From Azolla caroliniana (Eukaryota > Plantae > Polypodiophyta): a stretch of 64,000 nucleotides of DNA. The stretch is from the NCBI GenBank assembly GCA_043228905.1, contig JBHGNT010000011.1:12152001-12216000 (forward strand), written 5' to 3'. A model generated the notes under the pieces. That model was not told where the DNA came from and searched no databases. It was given only the letters and a program-made list of their open reading frames with translations. Shown one piece after another: positions 39,340 through 50,923 of this stretch (position 1 is its first letter; every line of letters starts with the position of its first letter). The position numbers and the translations under genes are program-made.

Positions 39340-39901
39340 TAAGATTCTCTTCAGCCAAACAACTTCACATGTCGTGACAACCACGGGCCCCTGTATTCGG
39401 TTTCTGTGTTGGACAATGCAAATGTCAAATGCTTCTTATTGCTCCATGATATGGCTCCAATGCCGAGGGAGAAGACGAATCCCAATGTTGATTGTCTGTC
39501 AGCTTTGTAGCTGAGTACAACAAGAGGATTCAAGGCAACGACCTTGACCTCTTCTTCGTCGAGTGATGGCTACAGAGTTACACCCACTCACACACACTCT
39601 CTCACACAGTTACATAGGCAGCGACCTCGAGAGTAACTATACAACTATATGAGCTACACTAATGATTTCCCTACACCTTCATAAAGTTTTCCCTAGTTGT
39701 ATTTATACTTATACAACTTTCTGGCTATTTACAAATATAGCCCACATGGGGCACATTTAGACTATTTAAAAATATAGTCTCCCGAATTGGTTACATAATC
39801 AATTTTCAATTTTCGATTTCAGCCTCAACTGAATTACCCATTGATTCCATCTGATTCGGTTCATTCTCTTCTTCCTATCCGGAGGGACCCGTTTCCCAAC
39901 A
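39340..39901 (-). mobile_element. Truncated copia remnant: RNase H fragment plus a partial LTR related to the 31672-37295 family
   Basis: DRQSTLGFVFSLGIGAISWSNKKH..ALSNTETEY. Shares GGCTATTTACAAATATAGCCC and ATCCGGAGGGACC.GTTTCC.AACA with the copia LTR. Confidence 0.75.
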
Positions 39902-41235
39902 AATTGTAGGGATCAAACATCATGACTTAAACAGGCTGAGAGGATACTAGAGAAGTATGAAACTAATAATGTGATAATGCATATTGTGGACGAGCTCCAA
40001 TATTGGTTTACTATATTGAGCTTGACCAAACCCACTATATGGTATAATGTATCGCTCCAGTGCTCATATTGTGATTGCCAAGACCTTGTGAGTAAATGTA
40101 CGCATCTACTCGGCATCCGAATGATTATTGAGAGGCAGATGCCACATCTATGTGGGTCTTTGCCTTTTATAGATCATGCGGCCCATATACGCAATGACCA
40201 TTTCACAAAAATAGAAGTGGAGACAAACCCTAGTGCATTAGAAATGGAGAATGGGAGTCAGAATTACAAATGACCAAGACAATTATTGAATGTCTCAAGC
40301 AAGGGTTACGATCCCTCAACGGTGCAAAAGTTTTGGCATGTATGGTGTTCATTTCATAAATGAGACAGATGGTGGTGTATCATGTTGGTGCACCAAAACC
40401 AACCAATGAAGAAGACGGTGGATCCATAAGGTGGAAGCAAGCAATTGGTGTGAAGAGAGGAGCATCAATTGACATTTCACACGATCTTAACAACAGCTCC
40501 CCAAACACTTCCAAAACACACACCTGGAAAATGTAAAAAGGTGCAAGTCGAGGTAGGAGGTGGTTGCCAATATGTGTGACAGAGAAGATTCGATGCTTGC
40601 ATTGCAATGCCTTGACCTTTAGATCAAGGGACTCGAATGTTGATTGTTGTAAGACTTATGGCCATATCTTGCCATTATCTCCAAATGAGCCATAAACATT
40701 GCATGCGTGGTTTTGCGAACCATTGCAATTGGGTTTACAAATCAAGTATGTTTAAAGTGGATTTATGTTAAAAGTATGTTTTAAGTTTTATGTTTGAAGT
40801 ATGTTATAACTTGATTTATGTTTTATGTTTTAAGTTGAAGTATGTTATACGATGATTATTTGTTGTAAAGACTAAGTTTTAAGTATGGTGAAGTTCATTG
40901 ATTTTGGAAATTTTAATACAATTGGATTTTGTGACTGTTTGCTCTGTTATTGTAAGTTTTTAAGTTTCAAAATCATACTTATTTGAAGATTTTGGTGGAA
41001 AGGATACATTTGGTTGGGCAACCTGCAACGGGCGGAGTTGGGTGACCAAATGTGGTTGGGCGATCGACGACTCAAAGTTGGGCGACCTCTAACAGATTTT
41101 TTTGCGCGCGTTCTTTTTTTATCCAAATCGGACCTTGCAGATTACACGCACGCCATGCTTCAAGCGACCTGCACCGTCCGTGGCCGCGATTTCATCGCCA
41201 ACCCTATTTATGATTTGGTGTATAATAGACACGAG

Positions 41236-41237
<2 letters not shown>
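39902..41237 (+). mobile_element. Right arm of a Mutator-like element (SWIM zinc-finger remnant, subterminal repeats, TIR)
   Basis: WYNVSLQCSYCDCQDLVSKCTH SWIM motif. Homologous to 51740-53233. Ends AATAGACACGAGCC followed by (AC)n. Confidence 0.8.
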
Positions 41238-41274
<37 letters not shown>

Positions 41275-44049
41275 TACATACATACATGATACATACATAC
41301 ATACATACACATACATACATGATAAAAATAGTAGATCAATCATGGATATATGATGCAATTTTTATTGAGTATATAGAATTGGTGCATAGGAAATGGTGCA
41401 TGGGAAACTAACACTCAAACATCGTGGTGGCCATTGCTTAATGGATGTATTCCTCTAAAGGTTCAACATTTTGTATGTGCTCAACAATTGGTAAGGTCTT
41501 GGAAAGATACCTTATCTTTCTTGGAGTGGACACCATGAAGCAATTGAAAGCTTTGTACTCCATTTCTTCTCTATTGTTGCATTGGCATGGAAAAGGGATG
41601 TTGACATCTTAGTTCAATCATTTATTTTGATTGAGGGTTGTGGAATTGGGGGATGTGGTTAATATTGAATCTCAAAGGTTTTCAAATGTTGAAAATGTTG
41701 AATGATGGTTATGTATTCCCCCAAATATGGATTTATTTGGGAGAAATTACATATATACACCAAATTTGCCCCATGAGACAATTGATTGCAATAATGGGAT
41801 GTGTGCCCAATCATTGAAAATAAAATGAAATAAAAATTAGAAGATAAATAAAAGAGTTTTAGTGTGTTACAAAATTGTATGCGATATAACATGTTCTATA
41901 AATAAATGACTATCTAAGATAGAATCATATCTTGAAATGCATATTTAGAGGAAGGGGAGAGATCTAATTTATTACACTTAAGATTCCTCTCTCTTCATAT
42001 ATTCAACACTTGGTTGTTTCATGGCATGACGCGGTGTGATGTCGTGTGAGAAGATTCTTCCTACCGGCTTGTGGATCTCATTGTGTACATTCCCTTTATA
42101 TATAAATGGTGCACAAAGATCAAGGCAAGAGAATGCTTGAGGAGGCAAATGCTCGAAGGAGGCAAACGTTCCTGGGAGGCAAACACTCAAAGGGGGCAAA
42201 CACTCAAAGGAGCAAATGCTCAACTTCCATCACTTCCCTTCTCTCTTAAATGAATATTTAGGATCGATTAGAACATGGGTTTAGGCTTAATACACTTGAT
42301 TAATACAAGTACATGATATGAAGACTAAAATGACCTCATGTTAAGACCTAAATGATAAATTACACACAAAAAATATTTTATAAAGTAGGGTGTACAAAAT
42401 CATCAAACTGATTACAAAGGTTAATAACGAGAAGTTGTTACAATGAATGATTACAAGAGAAATAGGCAAGGTAAGTTAGTTGCAAGGACCCAAACTATGT
42501 GGTCTTCAACGAGGCCCTACTTGTCACGGATACACCAAGCACGGACTAGGACGAAGCGCAGATGATGGGGCTATGAGCTACGGATGAACTTGGAGCTAGA
42601 TGTGACAATGCTAGGAACTCTAGATGTTGTGAACGACACGAGGGCATGAAGATAGAAATAAAGATCAAGGAGATAAAGATGAGGCGAAACGAGAATACTA
42701 GATTGATGTGTCAATGACTGGTGTTGAATCCTTTGAAAGGGAAGAAGGAGGTTACAAGTATTTATACATGTTCCGAGATTGAATATCTCTAGAATATACT
42801 CGAGAAATATCTCTAAAATATACTCGTCGAGAATATGCCGTACAATATTTCTAGAATATACTATTGACTAGAATATTCTGATTTTGAAATGTATTATATG
42901 TTAGACTATAGAATACTAAACCATTATATACAAATGCATGCTCATATCAAAATGGTTGAGCATGACATATTGTAGTTGTGAGGTTGCAGGTTCAATCCTC
43001 GCTATCTACGTATTTAATAGATTCGTTGCGTCGTGATAGCAGCAGGCATGAGCGACCATGTCGGTCCTCGCCAAGATCCGGAACACGAACAATAGCTGGA
43101 GTGAGCGACCATGTGCGGTCCTCGCCGGAGACTGGAACACGAATACCAACGGGCGTGAGTGACCATGTGTGGTCCTCACAGAGAACACGAACACCAATGG
43201 GCATGAGAGACCATGTCGGTCCTAGCCGATAGTTGGAACACGAACACAAACGGGCGTGAGAGATCATGAGGCCTTCATTGAGAACTGGAACACGAACGGA
43301 TGTGAGCGACCATGCGACCCTCCCAAGAACTAGAACAACAACGGGCGTAGGAGTGCCCCTAAAGGGGTCAACTTGACTTCTTCTATTATGAGAGGGTAAA
43401 TAGTCAGGGTTGACCCAAGACACGACACAAACCATAGTGCTAGTGAGAAACCCACGCGATCCCCACTAGGACAGTGAGTAGTTGTGATACCCACTGAAAC
43501 TAGAAGGTGAGCGATCGAAATCGGTCCTCACCAACAGAAAGTGGCGCGAGACTTGAACTATAATGAAAATGTAGTGCAAGTGAGCAATGATCCGATCCCC
43601 ACCAGGAAAGTGAGTGGTTGTGACCCCCACAAGAACTGGGAAGGTGAGTGATCGAAAGCACTCCTTACAAAAACCATGATGCAAAATGATACCTAAAAAT
43701 GATGACAAGTAGTGTTGATGATGATGATGATGGTTGGGCGAAGAGGTGCTGAAAATGATGACGCCGAAGACAAGGATGTTGATGACGGTAACTTCGGAAG
43801 CAAGGACGGTAACTCTGTGAGAGTGCAGAGACAGCCATGAGGTTTGCCTAGAAGCAGTTGCCTAATTCGGTACATTGATGTATAATTATTGTGCCAGGTA
43901 AATGTATGGCCCACAAAGGAATCCTTCCAGTGGTATTGGTCGTTTGTACCACCCCCTCCCCTTACCCTACTTCGTTTGGTTCCACCACTCGGTCACGACT
44001 TAAGACATGAATGGTCACGAATGATTAGGATTTTGATCTTCCTTCGCTC

Positions 44050-44199
<150 letters not shown>

Positions 44200-44266
44200 C
44201 TAATTCATTTACGTCAATCAATCTTATCGGGGTTTAATCAGTCTCGGTGTGACGGAATTTCTCTGC

Positions 44267-44428
44267 CGAACCTGTCTGCAACAAGCCAAAGTAAAGGCAG
44301 ATGAAGTTCGCATAATTGGACTTGCACAATTGGACAAGGAACAACGAGATCTTGTTGATGCAGCTGATGAAGATCCAAAGAGATTAGAAGACAATAAAAA
44401 CTATACAATTCGTTTTGAGAAACAACGA
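44267..44428 (+). pseudogene. atpF: Plastid ATP synthase subunit b fragment
   Basis: [51 protein letters not shown]. Confidence 0.85.
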
Positions 44429-44552
44429 CTTTGGAGGGTTTTGGTGTTTCTTACACGTTACAAGCGATGCTTACGATCAAATCAGATCATATTCAGGCTC
44501 GTTATAAGGTACCTAGTGCCATCGAGACTGGAAAGCCAGTCCATAAACCGGT
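44429..44552 (+). pseudogene. rpoB: Plastid RNA polymerase beta C-terminal fragment; inverted second copy at 44604-44688
   Basis: [36 protein letters not shown]. Confidence 0.9.
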
Positions 44553-44914
44553 AAATCCGTTCTTATCGACATCTAGTAAACGGTAATCCAAAAAGACCCA
44601 CGTTTTCCAATCACGATGGCACTAGGTACCTTATAACGAGCCTGAATATGATCCGATTTGATCGTAAGCATCTCTTGTAACGTGTAAGGATGAGTATGTG
44701 CTTTTTCTCTGACTGATGCCTCGACGAATTACCTGCTACTAAGTTTTGCTCAAGAACCAGGAAGGAATGTTTTACCAACTACCAAACGTGACACAAAATC
44801 TCTCCGCCAACTTTTTTTCGTCTAGCTTCTCGGTCGGTCGCGTTTTACTTGTTTGTTGCAGATCTGAAATAATTATCGTTTGGGTGGAGACTTGGCAACA
44901 ATCATAGATCTATC

Positions 44915-45142
44915 CGAAGAAGAATTACGAATAACTGGATGAAAAAATGGTTGGTTCTATCACTAGTAGTATCCATTGGTTTTGGTAAAGTGAGTTGTTC
45001 ACCCACCTCAAACGCATATCCGATATTTGCACAACAGAATTATGAGAATCCGCGCGAAGCTACAGGGCGCATTGTATGTGCAAATTGCCACCTAGCAAAG
45101 AAACCGGTAGATGTGGAGGGTCCGCAATCTGTTCTTCCCGAC
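44915..45142 (+). pseudogene. petA: Plastid cytochrome f N-terminal fragment
   Basis: [45 protein letters not shown], including the CxxCH haem motif. Confidence 0.95.
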
Positions 45143-45266
45143 GGAGGGTTTACTGCAAACACTAGCTTGGCTTTCTACTGCCGAGACAATGGGCTACTTC
45201 TTCACATTCACCGCGCAATGCATGCTGTCATCGATAGACAGAGAAATCATGCTATACATTTCCACG
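45143..45266 (+). pseudogene. rbcL: RuBisCO large subunit fragment
   Basis: [40 protein letters not shown]. Confidence 0.95.
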
Positions 45267-45320
45267 GTTTGCGTCGTTATGCTCAATGAATGGAATCAGA
45301 GAAGCTTCGATAGAGAAATG
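45266..45320 (-). pseudogene. rpoB: Plastid rpoB internal fragment
   Basis: [18 protein letters not shown]. Confidence 0.85.
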
Positions 45321-45360
45321 CGTCGTTGGGGGCATCCCCGAAGGGCTGGGGATTTTGTTC
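45320..45360 (-). pseudogene. rps12: Plastid ribosomal protein S12 exon 1 fragment
   Basis: TKSPALRGCPQRR. Confidence 0.8.
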
Positions 45361-45950
45361 CACCGCCCAAAAAAAGCTCGAACGACTTTTGACAAGTGGG
45401 TACAGAACATATATCTTCCGTTTCTTGTTGATGCGAACTGGCAACTCTAGAAGCAAAGGCGATGATGAAGATGGGTGGTGCTCCTAGTTGGAAGGGATTC
45501 AAATTGTCACGGTCACACCAATCGCGAACTGGGACGGAGCATGGATGACGAGGCTACGAGTGATAAGTGGAACCGGAAGTGATGAGGCTAGGAACTCTAG
45601 AAGCTGTGAGCGACAAGACTATGAACATAGGAAGCTAGGGTTAACTAGAGAGCATGCAAACAAATATGAAGATCAGGGAGACAATATGGCATGAAAGGAG
45701 AATGACAATGGGGCTACGAGCGTGGAACTCAAGACGCTGGGAAGGACACAATAGAATGAAGACAATGATAAAGATGAAGAAGAAAAGATGGGGAGAAACA
45801 AGAACACTAGATTGATGTGTCAATGACAGGTGTAGAATCCCTTGAAAGGGACCAAGGAGGTTACAAGTATTTATACATGTTCCGAGATTGAATATCTCTA
45901 GAATATACTCGAGAAATATCTCTAGAATATACTCGTCTAGAATATGTCGT

Positions 45951-47036
45951 CTATGTGGGTCTTTGCCTTTTATAGATCATGCGGCCCATATACGCAATGA
46001 CCATTTCACAAAAATAGAAGTGGAGACAAACCCTAGTGCATTAGATATGGAGGAATGGGAGTCGGAATTACAAATGACCGAGGCAGTTATTGCTCAGGCA
46101 AGGGTTACGATCCCTCAACGGTGCGAAAGTTTTGGCATGTATGGTGTCCATTTCATAGATGAGATAGATGGTGGTGTATCACGTTGGTGCACCGAAACCA
46201 ACCAATGAAGAAGACGGTGGATCCATAAGGTGGAAGCAAGCAATTGGTGTGAAGAGAGGAGCATTAGTTGACATTTCACATGATCTTATTAGCAGCTCCC
46301 CAAACACTTCCAAAACACACACTAGAAAAATGCAAAAAGGTGCAAGTCGAGGTAGGAGGTGGTTGCCAATATGTGTGACAGAGAAGATTCGATGCTTGCA
46401 TTGCAATGCCTTGACCTTTAGATCAAGGGACTCGAATGTTGATTGTTGCAAGACTTGTGGCCACATCTTGCCATCATCTCCAGATGAGCCATAAACATTG
46501 CCTGCGTGGTTTTGCAGACCATTGCAATTGGGTTTACGAATCAAGTATGTTTAAAGTGGATTTATGTTAAAAGTATGTTTTAAGTTTTATGTTTGAAGTA
46601 TGTTATAACTTGATTTATGTTTTATGTTTTAAGTTGAAGTATGTTACATGATGGTTATTTGTTGTAAAGACTAAGTTTTAAGTATGGTGAAGTTCGTTGA
46701 TTTTGGAATTTTTAATACAGTTGGATTTTGTGACTATTTGCTCTGTTATTGTAAGTTTTTAAGTTTCATAATCATACTTATTTGAAGATTTTGGTGGAAA
46801 TGATACATTTGGTTGGGCAACTTGCAACGGGCTGAGTTGGGTGACCAAATGTGGTTGGGCGATCGACGACTCAGAGTTGGGAGACCTCTAAAATATTTTT
46901 TTGCGCGCGTTCTTTTTTTATCCAAATCGGACCTTGCGGATCGCACGCGCGCCATGCTTCAAGCGACCTGCACCGTCTGTGGCCGCGATTCCCTGGCCAA
47001 CCCTATTTATGATTTGGTGTATAATAGACACAAGCC
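45951..47036 (+). mobile_element. Second right arm of the Mutator-like element
   Basis: Paralog of 40148-41237. Ends AATAGACACAAGCC followed by (AC)n. Confidence 0.8.
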
Positions 47037-47276
47037 ACACACACACACACACACATTATACATACACACACACATACATATGTACACACATACACACACA
47101 CACACACACATACATACCGACGTGTCTATTATGACACAAATCATAAAGAGGGTTGGTGAGGGAATCGCGGCCACTGACGGTGCAGGTTGCTTAGAGAAGG
47201 CGCGTGCAATCTGCATCGTCAAATTTCGATAATGAAGAAGGTGCGAAAAATAAAGCTGTGCAGAGGTCGCCCAACC

Positions 47277-47600
47277 GTTGGGTGACCAGTTTAAGCAGGT
47301 TGCCCAACTGCTTTAGGGCTTATATTGAGTTGGTCACCCAACCAACTCAATAAAAGATGCAGGTCGCCCAACCGTTTATTTCGAAAGCGGTTGGGTGACC
47401 GGTTTAAGCAGGTTGCCCAACTGCTTTAGGGTTTATATTGAGTTGGTCACCCAACCAACCCAATAAAAGATGTAGGTCGCCCAACCGTTTATTTTTAAAG
47501 CGGTTGGGTGACCAGTTTAAGCAGGTTGCCCAACTGCTTTAGGGTTTATATTGAGTTGGTCACCCAACCAACCCAATAAAAGATGTAGGTTGCCCAACCG
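47277..47600. repeat. Three-copy 113-bp subterminal tandem repeat
   Basis: GTTGGGTGACC unit starts at 47277, 47390 and 47503. Each unit carries the motif in both orientations. Confidence 0.9.
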
Positions 47601-48869
47601 ATGACTATAAAAGCCTAAAACATGTCATTATCTCTTATTTTTTCAAACAAGATTGACAGGTTTCTTTTGCCAGGAAAGAGTTGGGCGTCAAGCGGCCTGC
47701 AATCAACATACACAACAATCAATCTCCTCCATCACTATTCCCAAGTATGTACTAAACCCTATCACATCACTTTTTCTGTTTTTTTTACATGTGGTAGGAA
47801 TAGTTGAGGGATTAGGGTTTGGAGTAGTTGAGGGATTTTGTTTCTTGTTGAGGGATTACAAGGATAAGTAGGTTGAGTTGGTCACCCAACCAACTCAATA
47901 AAAGATGCAACTCAATAAAAGTTTATTCAATCATCTCTCTTTTTCCATGTTGGGGTGTTTCACGAAGTTCACTTGTAGACTGCGTTTCATGGATGAAAGG
48001 ACACTACAAAGTCTGGCTTCTTTGAGATCTGTTCAGATTACGTAGAGTGGAGCAATGCTGCCTTCATTTTGTCTAAGCTCCCTCATTATTTTGTGCTTTA
48101 GAAGTATATTTATTTAATAAAGCATGCTTTCCTATGAAATGTAACTGTAGTGTATAGCATATATTTACTATGAAGTGCAATAGTAGTGTAGGCAACTTCA
48201 ATTCGAAATTGCATATCACAAAGCAGAATGTGGCATATTGCCATTTCTAGCCTGTTTTGTAAATGTTATAGCATGTTGCATATATAATAGGGTTGCTTGA
48301 TGGGGTGGGTGGATGTTGTGAATCGTGATTAGTCGAGGCATGGCAACAAATAATCGATTACAACAAATATCAAATGTTGGTGTGATTAAGATCACAATTT
48401 GTGATATTTTGTGTATAAGATATGGCGAATGAGGTTAGTGAAGTGTGAAGATGGTAGACAAGGGTAATGTAAATGGGTTTTTCTTGATCAACATAGTAAG
48501 GTTTTGATTTTGGCTATGATGATGATTTTTGCTTGTTTTTTGGGATTCAGTTTGCATTGCTAGAAACTTAGGTTATAGCTGAAATTATAGAAAAATACTA
48601 GCCAGTTTTGGGGGGATTTTGGGTTTCATTCGACATTGTTACAACTTAGACAAACTTAATCATGTAAAAAGCACTCATTTTATAGGACATTGGGGTTTGA
48701 GTCTCATTCCTGCTTAATCTAATTATTGCAACATGATAAGTAGGATATAACATATGGGGAGATTTGGAAGTGAGGGATTAGGGTTTAATTATTTGCTTGC
48801 TTAAACTTAATATTGTGTGTGTTTGAGTATTAAAATTCAAAAAATGTTTGATTACTTGAATGGTGGTAG

Positions 48870-50923
48870 ATGGCTTCCAAGTCCAAGTACAAAGATTGGT
48901 GGGATTTCGATAACAATGACATATATCCAACTCAAGAGAGGTATGTCACGAACCAATCTCCCCTAATACTGGTTTAGGGTTTGATGCATGTATGTTGACT
49001 CGTGATTTGTTAAAGGGTCTTTGTTAGAAGACATTGGCGAAGTTCGTCAGCTGACATGTGTACGAGTGGGGACAGAATGGTTCAGACACATACGCCTCAG
49101 ATCGAGCCCATACAGGCCATGGCAACATTTGACCAAGATGCTCCTCCAAATGGTATGTGGATTTGGTGTCGTTTCAATATGTCAATCTTTATGCCAATCT
49201 TTATGTCAATCTTAAATATGTAACACATACAAAAGGAACAGATGATCCTCGCCCAGACTCGTTGTATAAGGTTGGAAGAGATGCAAATAGGAACAAGGCT
49301 TGTGCGTGTATCTATACTGAGTATTGTCGCCTCTCGCCAAGGTGGTATCGCAAAAAAAGTGACATGGAATCACATTTACGCAAGGAACATGGAATAGACA
49401 TAGTCCTACCACGAGGGATGCGTATAGACGAGGAGGAGGGTATTCGGGGGGCATGCTTTAATAGCTATGAGCGTCAGAGATCACTCAGAAGATTCATGGA
49501 CCCCGAAATCAAGTACAACAGAAATCGGCAAACATATATCCGGAAGTTGAAGGTTAGGGTTGTTTCGAGGTACAACTCTATTCCTGTTGAACTCCGTCTT
49601 GACATAGAGGCAGAGTTCGTGGCGCAATTTATGGACAATGAGATGGCCATATACGACTCCAAAAAGGATGAGCGTTTGGAAATGTTGACGAAGAAGATGG
49701 CATCTGGTTTGGATTCTTATGTAAGTATGAGCGAGGATTTCATTTCAGATATGTGTTGGAGGGTTTATTGGCAGACTTCAGATAATAACATGTGTCTTAT
49801 TGTGGTGAAACAGTGTAAAAGGGCGGGGATATCCACCCAACCGCAGGGTGTGTCCACGGATGTGGATGAGGCTCTAAACCCATCTGAGGGTGGTGTGTCC
49901 ACTCCACCGAGACGGAGACGACAAAAGATGCCAGTCCGACGGAAGGAGGTCGAGTCACACACTGATGTTTATTCCCTAACATCAGATTCAGATGACGCTG
50001 CACCGGATGTGGCCATAGTTCAAATTCAGCATGGCAAGGGCATAAGGTTATGGATCCAAACACCAAATAAACACTTCTCCAGGTAGGGTTTATGCGAAAT
50101 ATAAACTAGTATCCTACTAACTGACATGAGGTGTGATGTACCTACTCAAACTACATATTTCTATGCATTCAGGTACCAGCTGACCTGCCAACGTCTCGAT
50201 TTGGCCCTTGATGTTACCGAGTCAGATCTTGAGACCATGTGCAAGTGTCGTGAAATGGCATCGACGTGGACTATGACCTTATTCACGTTGTGGATGGAGT
50301 ATTCATTGCCACTCGAGGTGACAGAACGCTTCACCGTCGTCGACCCAGTGTGGGTGACGCTACACCAACAGACAATGAAGGGGCAAGCCATCCTTAGGAA
50401 GGTGGCTGAATGTGATTTTATGTTCATTCTGATCGTGCTTGACGGGCATTGGGTGTTGTGGACGAAGATGCGACAGAAAGTTTCTAAGCTAACTAGCAAA
50501 GTAGTCTTCTACGATCCATTGAACAACGCAGTGACTAACAACGTGCGGAGAATGGCAGAGTTGGCGATTCGGGAAAATTTCATCTGAACTGTCAGACCAC
50601 ACCATTGTGCCCGAGGGTCGACATCACGTATTGCACATCCCAACTCAGCCAAATTGTTGGGATTGTGGCTTTTACGTCATGAAGACTATCCAAATGTTGG
50701 TGGGGGAGTTCTTACAAGGATGGATATCTCCAACTTTTGTAAGTGTAATTGCAATGCCTTATTCATGTGGATTGTGTATAGATGTGTTCTTATACATATT
50801 TGGTGACAGGGCACAAAGATGTGGTTCACCAAACGCGAAGTAGATTCACTTCGGAATCATATGGACGAGTGGGCACGAAGGGTACTAGGATTTGCACCTG
50901 CGACCGGTGGCTCCATATTGTAA
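48870..50923 (+). pseudogene. Spliced transposon accessory gene: C2H2-like zinc finger plus Ulp1/peptidase C48-like protease. Exons approximately 48870-48940, 49016-49152, 49235-50082, 50173-50738, 50809-50923; frameshift near 50585-50607
   Basis: Phase-compatible GT-AG junctions. CIYTEYC...HLRKEH, and the C48 catalytic pattern GHWVL, FYDPL, QPNCWDCGFYVM, WFTKREVDSLR. Confidence 0.75.

Larger units (their letters stand above)
29185..41329. repeat. Tandem segmental duplication, copy 1
   Basis: 29185-30893 matches 41330-43038 at a constant offset of 12145. The downstream LTR-element internal region, second LTR and MULE right arm are also collinear between the copies. Confidence 0.9.

Noticed and set aside
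47277-47600. Regular palindromic repeats resembling a CRISPR or iteron array
   Set aside because: Whole 113-bp units repeat with no unique spacers. They are explained as transposon subterminal repeats.
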